Sequence record: PZ154897.1
DNA length: 64,000 nt
From: a phage
Reading direction: 5' to 3' (one strand)
Each line of letters starts with the position of its first letter. Within the stretch, counting starts at the first letter, position 1. Position numbers and translations under genes: made by a program. The notes under the pieces are model-generated. The model saw only the letters and a list, made by a program, of their open reading frames with translations, had not been told where the DNA came from and did no database searches. Positions 1 to 11,762 of the stretch are shown in pieces.

Positions 1-37
1 TTAATGTACTGAATTCCAAAAATCTTATTAATTATAT

Positions 38-235
38 TCATACTAATTCCTTTAATCCATAGATAGGAGATAATTCATCACCCATACGAAGATCTTCATT
101 TCCATCTACCCAGGAAACAATATAAGCCTCTTTTATTTGAATACCACTCCATTTAAATGGAGGTAGAACCTTAGAAATTAATCCAGGTATACCAACTCCC
201 TTTAATTCAACAGTTTGACCTAAAAAGAATTTCAT
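38..235 (-). CDS. hypothetical small protein (65 aa)
   Basis: ORF in co-directional early-gene array; no recognisable motif. Confidence 0.4.
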   Translation of the reverse strand: MKFFLGQTVELKGVGIPGLISKVLPPFKWSGIQIKEAYIVSWVDGNEDLRMGDELSPIYGLKELV

Positions 236-522
236 TAAAACCTCATCTGAAAACCATGCGATTTAACATTACCACCACCAATGTCAGAAATATTAATTTC
301 ACGCGCAATTGAAGGGTCAATGTCAATTTCACGATTGAGTTTAGTGATAGCTAAAGTATCGCGCCCATTTACAGTACGGAACTCTAAAGGACATACTACA
401 TTAACGTAGTTTTTAATCGATTCGCTGGTAGGTTGCAAATGAGCAGGAAGGTCTTTAGGCGCCTTAGAGAAAACTACTTCGCAGAAGTTTTTACGAGTAT
501 CAAAATAAGTAGTCATAAACAT
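235..522 (-). CDS. hypothetical protein (95 aa)
   Basis: ORF co-directional with neighbours, start overlaps next ORF. Confidence 0.45.
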   Translation of the reverse strand: MFMTTYFDTRKNFCEVVFSKAPKDLPAHLQPTSESIKNYVNVVCPLEFRTVNGRDTLAITKLNREIDIDPSIAREINISDIGGGNVKSHGFQMRF

Positions 523-539
523 AGTATTTTCCTCAGTAA

Positions 540-553
540 GGGGCCGAAGCCCC
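540..553 (-). other. intercistronic C(UUCG)G RNA hairpin (GGGGC-UUCG-GCCCC on minus-strand RNA)
   Basis: perfect 5-bp GC stem with UUCG tetraloop between ORFs 564..929 and 235..522; T-tract lies on plus-strand side only. Confidence 0.6.
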
Positions 554-563
554 TCATTTTATT

Positions 564-929
564 TTAAATATCAAATTCGTTAAGAACTACATCAAAGATT
601 GCTTCAAGATGCTCAGGTTTAGCTCTGTTACTCAGAATATGACGAATCCAAGTTTTAACCAGAAGCTTACGATTGACGCCATTCCAGCAAGGATGAGTAC
701 CTAAATCGCGTTGACGAAAATCATCATCTAATGCGATTTTAAAAGAAGAACCTTCTTTCGTGATTGAAACCGTGCTGCCATTTTCAAATCGCATATAAAC
801 GTAGTTAGGAGTCATATACTGTTCAATTTCGCATACTGATCCATTTTGATGTTTCCAAAGGCAGATAGTATCAATAGAACCTGCAATACCATTAGAAACA
901 TATTTACGTTCAAAGTTGATGTAGTTCAT
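564..929 (-). CDS. hypothetical protein (121 aa)
   Basis: ORF in early-gene array. Confidence 0.45.
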   Translation of the reverse strand: MNYINFERKYVSNGIAGSIDTICLWKHQNGSVCEIEQYMTPNYVYMRFENGSTVSITKEGSSFKIALDDDFRQRDLGTHPCWNGVNRKLLVKTWIRHILSNRAKPEHLEAIFDVVLNEFDI

Positions 930-997
930 TTTTATTCTCCGAGATGTTTAATTGCGGTACAGGTATATAATATCATATCCTGTACCAAAGTAAACAA

Positions 998-1330
998 TTA
1001 TTTTACTACTTTCCAGTGCTGCATGTCAAGTTTACCAACTTTTTTCATCTTCTCAATTAAGCGTTCGGCACGTTGGCGAGCTGTAACATAATACCATTCA
1101 CCCAATTCATTTTGTTCAATTTTTCCAACGATTACTGTATTCAATTCATAAATCCAACCAGTAAAGAAATTATGAACTTGGATTGTAAAGGTGAAATCTG
1201 TTCCCATACCTTCTGTTGTTTCTACTTCAATAATATCACCTTCAACTGCCATTAAGAACCACATAGTTTCATCATATTTACCATTGAAGCATTTAGTTTT
1301 AACTGTAGCGTTCAGATTAATCGTTTTCAT
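998..1330 (-). CDS. hypothetical protein (110 aa)
   Basis: ORF in early-gene array, preceded by early promoter. Confidence 0.45.
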   Translation of the reverse strand: MKTINLNATVKTKCFNGKYDETMWFLMAVEGDIIEVETTEGMGTDFTFTIQVHNFFTGWIYELNTVIVGKIEQNELGEWYYVTARQRAERLIEKMKKVGKLDMQHWKVVK

Positions 1331-1351
1331 TTTATTCTCCTTTGTTTGTGT

Positions 1352-1392
1352 AAGATAATACTATCACAAAGGAACTATACTGTAAACAACTT
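1352..1392 (-). promoter_or_regulatory. T4-type early promoter (-35 GTTTAC, extended -10 GTGATAGTAT)
   Basis: revcomp of 1383-1388 is GTTTAC, 18-nt spacer, -10 like TAGTAT; upstream of ORF 998..1330. Confidence 0.6.
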
Positions 1393-1415
1393 TGTGCAAT
1401 CTTTGGAAAATAAAA

Positions 1416-1438
1416 AAGGACTCCCGAAGGAGTCCTTA
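1416..1438 (-). terminator. rho-independent terminator, GGACUCC-UUCG-GGAGUCC hairpin followed by U-tract
   Basis: stem-loop then UUUUUAUUUU on minus-strand RNA just downstream of ORF 1441..1659; identical hairpin recurs at 54034-54056. Confidence 0.7.
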
Positions 1439-1440
1439 AC

Positions 1441-1659
1441 TTATGCTTTCTGCTTACCAAAACGAGAAGCATCATCTCGAAGAACCGCACGTGCTCGGCG
1501 CATGATCTTCTCAACAGTTTGATTGATACGAGAGTTCGACCCACGCTTGTAACCAGCGCGTTTAGAATCACCAACTTTCTTTTCAACTGCTTTCTTTGCT
1601 TTAGCTTGTTTTGCCATTATAAATTCTCTTTTAAATGAAAATGCAGGACTTATTGGCAT
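1441..1659 (-). CDS. small lysine-rich basic protein (start at 1659 or internal ATG 1617)
   Basis: ORF with AKQAKAKK-type basic N-terminus; start ambiguous. Confidence 0.4.
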   Translation of the reverse strand: MPISPAFSFKREFIMAKQAKAKKAVEKKVGDSKRAGYKRGSNSRINQTVEKIMRRARAVLRDDASRFGKQKA

Positions 1660-1855
1660 TGCCTGCGCAAGCCCTCAAGGGGAACATAGGTTTTGAATAT
1701 TTACCGACAGGATAACCATAAACCTCGTCAACATTCAAGAGGTACACCATAAAACTGCCGGGGTCTTAAAACTATAATGATTCGCAAATCATTAATCAGA
1801 CAGTTCGATGGCTCCTCGATTTTAGCTCACACTAAGGCAGTGAATCTCCAATAAA

Positions 1856-2104
1856 TTACTTCAGTGTTACCACAAAGTGACGAACTGCTTTTCGTGCAGC
1901 AGAAGCCAGAGGCTTAGCATACTTAAGTTCATCTTTTTCCTGAAGCTCAGCAGCTAATGCAGTTTGAGCAGGATTCAGATGTTTGAAATAACGCAGGATT
2001 TCAAGAGCTTCGGCTTCAACATCAATAGATGCGCCATAGTTTTCGTGACCATTATTCCATGCGTTTCGTTGCAGTTCAAGAGCGTGTTGTAATTGTTTAA
2101 TCAT
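1856..2104 (-). CDS. rIII: lysis inhibition accessory protein rIII (82 aa)
   Basis: 82 aa, position downstream of gene 31 as in T4; sequence matches my recollection of T4 rIII size and context. Confidence 0.8.
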   Translation of the reverse strand: MIKQLQHALELQRNAWNNGHENYGASIDVEAEALEILRYFKHLNPAQTALAAELQEKDELKYAKPLASAARKAVRHFVVTLK

Positions 2105-2243
2105 TTAAAAATTCTCGTTAGAGATTAAAACTCGGTAGTCACGTTCTTCTGAATTTCATCTTCTTTCGACAGATCTCTCAGTTGTAGACTACCACATAGA
2201 ATTGTTCGGTTAACTTATTATTCCGACACCCAATTCATATTAT

Positions 2244-2251
2244 TATTTATA
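2244..2251 (-). promoter_or_regulatory. candidate late promoter TATAAATA (about 140 nt upstream of rIII start)
   Basis: exact TATAAATA on minus strand immediately after gene 31 stop. Confidence 0.35.
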
Positions 2252-2587
2252 TCACTTATAAAGACACGGAATAGCTTTATAGTGACAGGTAACGAATTTT
2301 TGTTTAATTTCTTTTGGCTGCTTAAGACCCAGAGCTACAAAAGGATGTGGAACGTTTCGAATTTGACCAACTGGAAGAGAAGTCAAATCACCAACTTCGC
2401 AGAAACCTTCAGGAACATCAGGACCAACAGAGTGAATTACACACAGTTCAGGAACTTCACCTTGAACACGTTTACCGATAATAAGTCCTGATTCTGTAAC
2501 TTCTTCATCACCGGCTTGTGCAGGTTCAGAAACTAAAATAACATATTCACCGACAGCACGAATTGGTAGCTGTTGTACTTCAGACAT
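2252..2587 (-). CDS. 31: co-chaperonin gp31 (GroES-like), 111 aa
   Basis: 111 aa, begins [30 protein letters not shown], matches T4 gp31. Confidence 0.95.
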   Translation of the reverse strand: MSEVQQLPIRAVGEYVILVSEPAQAGDEEVTESGLIIGKRVQGEVPELCVIHSVGPDVPEGFCEVGDLTSLPVGQIRNVPHPFVALGLKQPKEIKQKFVTCHYKAIPCLYK

Positions 2588-2607
2588 CGTTTTTCCTTTT
2601 TGTTAAC

Positions 2608-2640
2608 AGATGAATTAATAATAACAAATAATTCTTAAAG
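2608..2640 (-). promoter_or_regulatory. MotA-dependent middle promoter for gene 31 (MotA box TGCTTTA, 12-nt spacer, -10 TATTAT)
   Basis: minus strand reads aaaTGCTTTAagaattatttgtTATTAT upstream of gene 31 ATG. Confidence 0.65.
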
Positions 2641-2643
2641 CAT

Positions 2644-2952
2644 TTATTTACCAATAAATTGAAGCAAATGCTCAACTTTCATACCATTAACGGAAATCAA
2701 TTTGTCAATAGAAAAACCTCGCCATGCACCGAGCTCAACATCAAATACTGGAATCATATCAGTAGATTCTTTCCGAGTAGATTCAGTCAATTTACCAGTT
2801 TGCATGGTTGGCATAAAGTCTGCATCACGAGTACCTTTCATAGTACGAATAGTACCGTCAGACTTTTCAAAAACTACGTTTGAAATACCCATGGACAATT
2901 TAGTTTTCAAAATTTCACGAATTGCTACTTTCTGTTCAGTCGTCAGTTTCAT
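2644..2952 (-). CDS. hypothetical protein (102 aa; 31.1 position)
   Basis: ORF between 31 and cd. Confidence 0.45.
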   Translation of the reverse strand: MKLTTEQKVAIREILKTKLSMGISNVVFEKSDGTIRTMKGTRDADFMPTMQTGKLTESTRKESTDMIPVFDVELGAWRGFSIDKLISVNGMKVEHLLQFIGK

Positions 2953-3189
2953 TTATTTACCTATCACAGTTTTAATATGAGTTGTTCCACGTTCTTTAAG
3001 AGTGGAAAGCAACTTTTGGCATTTTTCTAAATCAGATTTCCAACTATACGGTCTATCAATACAAACCCATTCTGACTTATAATACTGCTTCCATTTAGAG
3101 AAAAAATACTTCTTATACTCTACAGCAAATGAAATGTTCTCGTTGGAATAAGAACTAATTGCTGTGAGTTGTACCAAACGAAATTTCAT
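2953..3189 (-). CDS. hypothetical protein (78 aa; 31.2 position)
   Basis: ORF between 31 and cd. Confidence 0.45.
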   Translation of the reverse strand: MKFRLVQLTAISSYSNENISFAVEYKKYFFSKWKQYYKSEWVCIDRPYSWKSDLEKCQKLLSTLKERGTTHIKTVIGK

Positions 3190-3770
3190 TATTCACCACA
3201 GAATTCGTTGATATTTTCCCAGTTTAACTTATTCAAGTTTTTCTTAGGAACATTAAACACTTCAATACCCGCATTTCGCAGAATATCATCCCAGCCAGGT
3301 TTATTTTTATCGTATGTTTCGCAATAAACCAGCTTTTTAATACCAGATTGAGCTATCGCTTTTGCACAATCTGGGCAAGGAGAAAGTGTTACATACATAG
3401 TAGCACCTTCAATTGAAGAACCATTTCGCGCAGCAAACAAAATCGCATTTAGTTCAGCATGAATTTCATTTTTAGACGACCACTCAGAGTGAGCACTACG
3501 ATGTTCTTTCGCCAAGACAAAACGATCAGTTGAACCAAACGATACACATTCGGGCTTATGACCTTGAATGATAGTGTGTTTAGGCTTATTCAGCAACCAA
3601 CCTTGCTCGGCAGCATAATCACAACAATTCACACCACCTGCCGGAGAACCGTTATATCCAGTAGAAATAATACGCCCATTCTTTTCAATTACTGCTCCTA
3701 CCTTCCAGGAGCAACATTTTGATTCTTGTGATACTAAATATGCAATTTGAAGTACTGTACTCGCTTTCAT
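3189..3770 (-). CDS. cd: dCMP deaminase (193 aa)
   Basis: cytidine/dCMP deaminase zinc motifs HAELNAI and PCPDCAKAI; same length as T4 Cd. Confidence 0.95.
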   Translation of the reverse strand: MKASTVLQIAYLVSQESKCCSWKVGAVIEKNGRIISTGYNGSPAGGVNCCDYAAEQGWLLNKPKHTIIQGHKPECVSFGSTDRFVLAKEHRSAHSEWSSKNEIHAELNAILFAARNGSSIEGATMYVTLSPCPDCAKAIAQSGIKKLVYCETYDKNKPGWDDILRNAGIEVFNVPKKNLNKLNWENINEFCGE

Positions 3771-4105
3771 TTCATAATCACCAGATAAGCAGATTTAGCA
3801 GTTTCAACACGATAAATTTCGTGACGAAGTTTAGTTATACTTTTAATAACAGAACTAATTATATTCTGCCCATCTTTAAAGCGGTTTTTCTTATCAATAA
3901 AAATTGCGCCAATCATCTTTTTGTGAAGCTCAACCGGATACTTCGTCACAATAATAGCATCATACACAGAAGGATGAATACTGTTCACCAGAGTATCATT
4001 CATTAAAGTTATTCTAATGAACTGTGCTGTTTCAGAGTCAAGCGCTCTATGATCGCCAGTATCATTTTCAAGACAATTATCAATTATATCAGTTAAATTC
4101 ATCAT
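3767..4105 (-). CDS. hypothetical protein (112 aa)
   Basis: ORF overlapping neighbours by 4 nt. Confidence 0.45.
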   Translation of the reverse strand: MMNLTDIIDNCLENDTGDHRALDSETAQFIRITLMNDTLVNSIHPSVYDAIIVTKYPVELHKKMIGAIFIDKKNRFKDGQNIISSVIKSITKLRHEIYRVETAKSAYLVIMK

Positions 4106-4338
4106 AGTACGCCATACACCCTTTGTGCTTCAACTAATCCATCAAAATCCAGTTTAAGATGTGTTATTTGGTCACCATCACCTGGATTCACAATTACTAA
4201 TACTGAACGAGGAGTCTCGGTAATAACACGAACCGATGTTTCAGGAAATCGTTCAGAAACCTTATTTACCAATTCTTGAGCAAATAGTTTAACTTTTTCT
4301 TGGAATTCTTTAACAGTAATTGGTTTTTCGCTTAGCAT
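4102..4338 (-). CDS. hypothetical protein (78 aa)
   Basis: ORF in array. Confidence 0.45.
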   Translation of the reverse strand: MLSEKPITVKEFQEKVKLFAQELVNKVSERFPETSVRVITETPRSVLVIVNPGDGDQITHLKLDFDGLVEAQRVYGVL

Positions 4339-4859
4339 GTTGATCCCAGCTCCTTACTTTCAACGTTTTTAACTAATTTGACAGAAACTAATTCGGCATC
4401 TTGGGTAATCATTACCGGGCCTTCTTCATACTCTTCAAGATATTCTAGAGCTTTCTTTTTAGCTTCTTCCTTCGTATCAGTTTGAGCATAGATATAGAAC
4501 ATACAACCAGTAATACCTACTACTTTCCACTTAATTTCTTTATCAGCTTTAATTTCAAATTTACTGACAGAATCATCTTTTTGAACTTCTTCGAAAAAAG
4601 AATATTCTAACATATAAGCAATTGAAAATAACGGGCTAACTTTATAGGATTCGCCCATTACATCAACAGCTTTATACCAGCAATCGTCAATTTCGCGTTT
4701 AATGCTAATAACATTTTTCGCAGGATCTATTTTTACTTTAAATGAATTTTCCCCAATAAACTGGGCAATTCGTTTATTAGCCCCGCAAGTTTCATTAAAA
4801 ATATCTTTATATCCAGCTTTAAAGCGATAAACCTTACCTTCTTCAAACCATTCGCTCAT
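4332..4859 (-). CDS. hypothetical protein (175 aa)
   Basis: ORF preceded by early promoter. Confidence 0.45.
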   Translation of the reverse strand: MSEWFEEGKVYRFKAGYKDIFNETCGANKRIAQFIGENSFKVKIDPAKNVISIKREIDDCWYKAVDVMGESYKVSPLFSIAYMLEYSFFEEVQKDDSVSKFEIKADKEIKWKVVGITGCMFYIYAQTDTKEEAKKKALEYLEEYEEGPVMITQDAELVSVKLVKNVESKELGSTC

Positions 4860-4884
4860 TTCAATTTCCTCATTTGTTTTGGTA

Positions 4885-4922
4885 GAGCTATAATATCACA
4901 ACTCTACCGTAAAGTAAACTAT
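4885..4922 (-). promoter_or_regulatory. T4-type early promoter (GTTTAC, 18 nt, TATTAT)
   Basis: revcomp of 4915-4920 is GTTTAC; -10 flanked by 7-bp inverted repeat GGTAGAG/CTCTACC. Confidence 0.6.
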
Positions 4923-5197
4923 TAAATTGCTTTGAATTCTGATGTCTGTGATTCAAAACGAATATCGCCTTTGATAACTAACTCAGCATCAAGACCAAAT
5001 ACGACAATGATATGCGCAGAACCTGGATACAGCGTAATGGCGATAGAATCCACCTGGTCTGGAAGCAAAGTGTTCAATACATGAGTCACTTGAGCATGAA
5101 TTCGAAGCTCAGCTGCGTTATCAAGCTTTTCAAACATATTATTAGCGATAATTTGGCTAAACACTACTTCTACGATTTTAGAATAAGTCGGAAACAT
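4922..5197 (-). CDS. hypothetical protein (91 aa)
   Basis: ORF in array. Confidence 0.4.
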   Translation of the reverse strand: MFPTYSKIVEVVFSQIIANNMFEKLDNAAELRIHAQVTHVLNTLLPDQVDSIAITLYPGSAHIIVVFGLDAELVIKGDIRFESQTSEFKAI

Positions 5198-5199
5198 AT

Positions 5200-5400
5200 T
5201 TACCTCACATAATTTTCTTCAAGCCAATCAATAACATCCAACGCATTATCAAAAGTTGAACCATCTACTTTGTCTTCTGTTTCATAATCAAGAACATCTA
5301 AACCTACTCTTCCATCAACAATAGGCCATAAACAAAATAGATATTTCTTTTCTTTTTCAATCTTATCACAAAGACGATAAATCTTTTCTATGTTATTCAT
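5200..5400 (-). CDS. hypothetical protein (66 aa)
   Basis: ORF in array. Confidence 0.4.
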   Translation of the reverse strand: MNNIEKIYRLCDKIEKEKKYLFCLWPIVDGRVGLDVLDYETEDKVDGSTFDNALDVIDWLEENYVR

Positions 5401-5589
5401 AAGTTTTCCATGGTAAAGGTAGTTTAGTTTTCTTTACTGTTAGTTCAACATCAGGATTCTTTTCTCTTAATTTAAGGCATTCCTCCCAAGCTCTGATTTC
5501 ACTAGTGAATATACAAAATTGCCCATTACTAGTACCAACTAAACCACTATTTACAATAACAATAGCCCAAGTTTCATGATGCCACGCCA

Positions 5590-5590
<1 letters not shown>
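5393..5590 (-). CDS. hypothetical protein (65 aa)
   Basis: ORF in array. Confidence 0.4.
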
Positions 5591-6802
<1,212 letters not shown>

Positions 6803-6806
<4 letters not shown>

Positions 6807-7039
6807 TTATTTTTCTCAACCAATGATTGAATATAATCATGCAGGTCTTTAGATGCTTTACCCCACTTATTTTGATATTCATTTTTAAGATTAGCCCGAG
6901 ATTGAGCTAATAAAACATCATTAGTTGGAGGTAAAGATTCTAATCGTTGAATCTGGCGTCCATAAATCATTGCAGCCATCTCGGATTCATAAATCAATCC
7001 TTTGAGATGTTCAAATTGATGCCATGAAATCATTTGCAT
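6803..7039 (-). CDS. hypothetical protein (78 aa)
   Basis: ORF in array. Confidence 0.4.
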
Positions 7040-7329
7040 TTATCCTCTTTTAGCTCTTGGCGATAATAACATATCATAGTTTTCTGATCATGTACATATC
7101 GTTTTACATCATTAAGCCAAATACGAAATTCCTGGGAATCTTCGAATGGCATACCGACCCAAGCTTTACCATCAATAACTTTAACTTGCCAAGATAGTTT
7201 AGCTTCATCATATGACTTTATTTGCACAGGCCAATTAGGATGAACTGTTTCTTTCTTTACTTCTAGAGGCTTTGTCGAACAACCAACTAGAAGACCAATA
7301 GATAATATTACTGCTGATAGTTTAATCAT
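7030..7329 (-). CDS. outer-membrane lipoprotein, probable o-spanin (T4 pseT.2-like)
   Basis: signal peptide with lipobox LLVGCS; adjacent to i-spanin-like gene. Confidence 0.55.
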   Translation of the reverse strand: MIKLSAVILSIGLLVGCSTKPLEVKKETVHPNWPVQIKSYDEAKLSWQVKVIDGKAWVGMPFEDSQEFRIWLNDVKRYVHDQKTMICYYRQELKEDKCK

Positions 7330-7679
7330 TTAGAAAGGTCCTGGATGTCTTCTGCGAACTTGTTGAAGGAGTTGTTGATTTGTTTTTCAACCAATCCTGG
7401 CTTATGAGCCACCACATCCGCCTTCTTTGCATCTTTGCGCAGTTTTTCATTTTCACGCTCAATAGCAGCAATTGCCTCACGATTTTTATTATTCATCGCA
7501 TCAATATAATTATACTGAATTCGCAAATTATCTAATGCTAAAGCGTTTTCATTGGCCGTTTTTGTAATTTCTACAACAGACGTTTCTAATCTTTCAATTT
7601 TACTTTTTAAAATTAAAGAAGTTCCGCCCAATGCGATTACAATTAATAACAAACCTGCTGTCGTATTACTTAATTGCAT
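7326..7679 (-). CDS. membrane-anchored coiled-coil protein, probable i-spanin (T4 pseT.3-like)
   Basis: N-terminal TM helix then charged coiled-coil; 117 aa. Confidence 0.55.
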   Translation of the reverse strand: MQLSNTTAGLLLIVIALGGTSLILKSKIERLETSVVEITKTANENALALDNLRIQYNYIDAMNNKNREAIAAIERENEKLRKDAKKADVVAHKPGLVEKQINNSFNKFAEDIQDLSK

Positions 7680-8176
7680 AAAGTTTTAATAACCTCTACA
7701 ATATCGTCTTGAGAAAGACCGTTAATTAAAATATGATGTTCAGCTGGAGATTTAGAAATTTTAAAGCATGCCTCAACATCTTCTGCCATATCTGATGCAC
7801 TACGATTTGGATTACTAATTCCAAGACGATGTTTTCCCGTTAAAGGATTAACGATGATATAGCATTTACAGCTGTTAATATGAACATTAGGTTGAGTCTG
7901 ATTAATGAACACATCACAATCATATTTCGCAAGCTGATTTTCTAAAAAGACTTTCATCTCCTCAACTGCATCAGGAAGCATATCACGGGCTTGCTCAAGA
8001 CGACGATTTCGATATTCTTTGATGGTCGTTTTCCGCTTAACTTGCTTAGCTAAATCTTTCTTAAGATCGGTGATATATCCAACTCGACGATTTCCTTTAA
8101 ATACAGAAATCCCATCTGTAGTATCACCGTATGCTTCAACGACCATTTCAGTAGTAATAAGCTGCAAATCCATCAT
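7670..8176 (-). CDS. alc: Alc-like protein (168 aa), positional call
   Basis: size and position between rnlA and the spanin pair as in T4; no motif-level confirmation. Confidence 0.45.
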   Translation of the reverse strand: MMDLQLITTEMVVEAYGDTTDGISVFKGNRRVGYITDLKKDLAKQVKRKTTIKEYRNRRLEQARDMLPDAVEEMKVFLENQLAKYDCDVFINQTQPNVHINSCKCYIIVNPLTGKHRLGISNPNRSASDMAEDVEACFKISKSPAEHHILINGLSQDDIVEVIKTLCN

Positions 8177-8199
8177 AAAGTCCTCATGTTATGTCAGTA

Positions 8200-8236
8200 A
8201 GTCTACTATAACACAACACGAGGGACTTGTAAACAG
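8200..8236 (-). promoter_or_regulatory. T4-type early promoter (GTTTAC -35)
   Basis: revcomp of 8229-8234 is GTTTAC, about 18 nt to TATAGT. Confidence 0.55.
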
Positions 8237-8237
8237 C

Positions 8238-9825
<1,588 letters not shown>

Positions 9826-9832
9826 AATAAAA

Positions 9833-9848
9833 TGGGCCTTGCGGCCCA
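9833..9848 (-). terminator. GC hairpin with GCAA loop followed by U-rich tract, between nrdB and denA
   Basis: minus-strand RNA GGGCC-GCAA-GGCCC then UUUUAUU. Confidence 0.45.
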
Positions 9849-9852
9849 CTCC

Positions 9853-11031
9853 TTAAAAGTATTTTTTAAAACTCATCATAACTTTATCATCAACATCATT
9901 ATCAATCTGTGCAACAAGGTAAGATGACAGTTCTACTTCTTGTGGCGCGGATTGAACATTATCAGAATTAAGATATTCACGAATCCAAGGATATGGGTGT
10001 TTAACCGGAGCATCGGTAATTGGGCATGGAAGACCACACTGTTTCATACGAGATACAGTTAAGTAATCAATAAAGCTCCACATGCTATTTGTATTTAATC
10101 CAGGAACATCACCATCTTTAAATAAATGAACTGCCCAGTCTTTTTCTTGACGGTTAACTTCCATGAAAATATCAACTGCTTCTTGTTCACACTCTTGAGC
10201 AATTTTAACCCATTCATCACCATCAGTTCCAAGCTGAAGTTGACGAATAATATATTGAGTGCCTTTAAGGTGAAGCTGCTCATCACGAGCAATGAACTTC
10301 ATAATCTTGGCATTACCTTCCATGATTTCCATGTTCTTATGGAAGTTAAATGTACACGCGAAAGATACGTAAAAACGAATAGCTTCCAGGGCGTTGATTA
10401 CATGAAGGCAAAGATAAAGAGATTTCATTAGTGCTCGTTTAGCTTCGGCTTCTTGTTTAATAGCTCGATTTAAACGAAAATCAGCATCAGGAGATTCTTT
10501 GGCTAGTTCTACAAATTCTTTAGCATTTTCCCATTCACGGGTCTTCTTAAGAACATCATCGTAATAGCGACCAATGGACTCAGCGCGTTTCATAATATCT
10601 TCATCTAATACAATCTCATCAAATACCTTTGACGGATCAGTATAAAGATTTCGCATGATATGGGTATATGAACGACTATGAATAGTTTCACTAAAAGTCC
10701 ATGTAGCAACCCATGTATCAAGACTTGGGTCTGAAATTAACGACATAAGTACAGCAGACGGTGCACGACCCTGAATGCTATCTAGAAGTGATTGATACTT
10801 CAGGTTATTAGTAAAAATATCTTGCTGATATTGAGGAAGCTTGTTAAATTGTGCAGCATCCATCATCAAGTTTACTTCTTCAGGACGCCAGAAAAATGAC
10901 AATTGCTTTTCGGTTAAATCTTCAAAAACTTTATGGCGTTGAATATCATAACGCGCAATACCAAGACCTGAACCGAAGAACATAGGTTCTTTTAAAACAT
11001 CAACTGGATTTGTATTAAAAACTGTAGACAT
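9853..11031 (-). CDS. nrdB: ribonucleotide reductase small subunit NrdB, uninterrupted (392 aa from ATG 11031)
   Basis: begins MSTVFNTNPVDVL; contiguous full-length ORF, no intron. Confidence 0.95.
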   Translation of the reverse strand: MSTVFNTNPVDVLKEPMFFGSGLGIARYDIQRHKVFEDLTEKQLSFFWRPEEVNLMMDAAQFNKLPQYQQDIFTNNLKYQSLLDSIQGRAPSAVLMSLISDPSLDTWVATWTFSETIHSRSYTHIMRNLYTDPSKVFDEIVLDEDIMKRAESIGRYYDDVLKKTREWENAKEFVELAKESPDADFRLNRAIKQEAEAKRALMKSLYLCLHVINALEAIRFYVSFACTFNFHKNMEIMEGNAKIMKFIARDEQLHLKGTQYIIRQLQLGTDGDEWVKIAQECEQEAVDIFMEVNRQEKDWAVHLFKDGDVPGLNTNSMWSFIDYLTVSRMKQCGLPCPITDAPVKHPYPWIREYLNSDNVQSAPQEVELSSYLVAQIDNDVDDKVMMSFKKYF

Positions 11032-11762
11032 TAATTTTTCCTCTTTAAAATTCTGCCGTGTTTCCAACCTGGCGGAATAATATCATCTTTACCTATAAGC
11101 GTGCATTCACTTCCATTATTAATCCATTTCTTACCGCGGATTCCTTTATAATCTCTTGGTTTTATTTTGTCAAACTTTGCATCAAGTTGATATGACCATC
11201 TAAATCCATAAGCATATTGAAATTTACCCTCGGCACAATATTTGATATTTGATCCGTTTCCATTAACTGACCGGGACGCTGCCGCAATAGAGTGAAAGGT
11301 TTCTATGAAATCCCCGTCTAATGAGAATTTATGTATTTCTATAGATGGGCATGCATATCTATTCACGTTTGATACATGCTGTTTAGTTTCGTTTTTATGG
11401 TGCTTGCCTAACATTCCTTTAGGATGAGGATTATTTTTCCAATATTTCTTAAAGAACTCAGAATTAGCTTTAGCAAATAATTTTCTGTGTAAGCTGTACA
11501 ATCTGTTATTAATTCTATTGCCAGCTTTATCTGTTGCCATTAACGTTAACGCAGAGGCAAGCCCAAAATGGCCTTCATTTATCTTACATAGTAGTAGATG
11601 AGCTATAAAATGTTCTCTGGCTGTTAATTCAACTAAATTTTCCTTATCATCAGAACCTCCCATACATCTAGGGATTATATGATGTGTCTCTTTATATTCT
11701 GATAAAGATTCCCGAGCCTGAGCTCGGGAAATTAGGTCGTTATAGATTTTTTGATAATTCAT
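11031..11762 (-). CDS. mobE: HNH homing endonuclease, MobE-like (243 aa)
   Basis: HNH motif HHIIPRCMGGSDDKENLVELTAREHFIAH; located between nrdA and nrdB as T4 mobE; stop/start overlap with both neighbours. Confidence 0.8.
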   Translation of the reverse strand: MNYQKIYNDLISRAQARESLSEYKETHHIIPRCMGGSDDKENLVELTAREHFIAHLLLCKINEGHFGLASALTLMATDKAGNRINNRLYSLHRKLFAKANSEFFKKYWKNNPHPKGMLGKHHKNETKQHVSNVNRYACPSIEIHKFSLDGDFIETFHSIAAASRSVNGNGSNIKYCAEGKFQYAYGFRWSYQLDAKFDKIKPRDYKGIRGKKWINNGSECTLIGKDDIIPPGWKHGRILKRKN

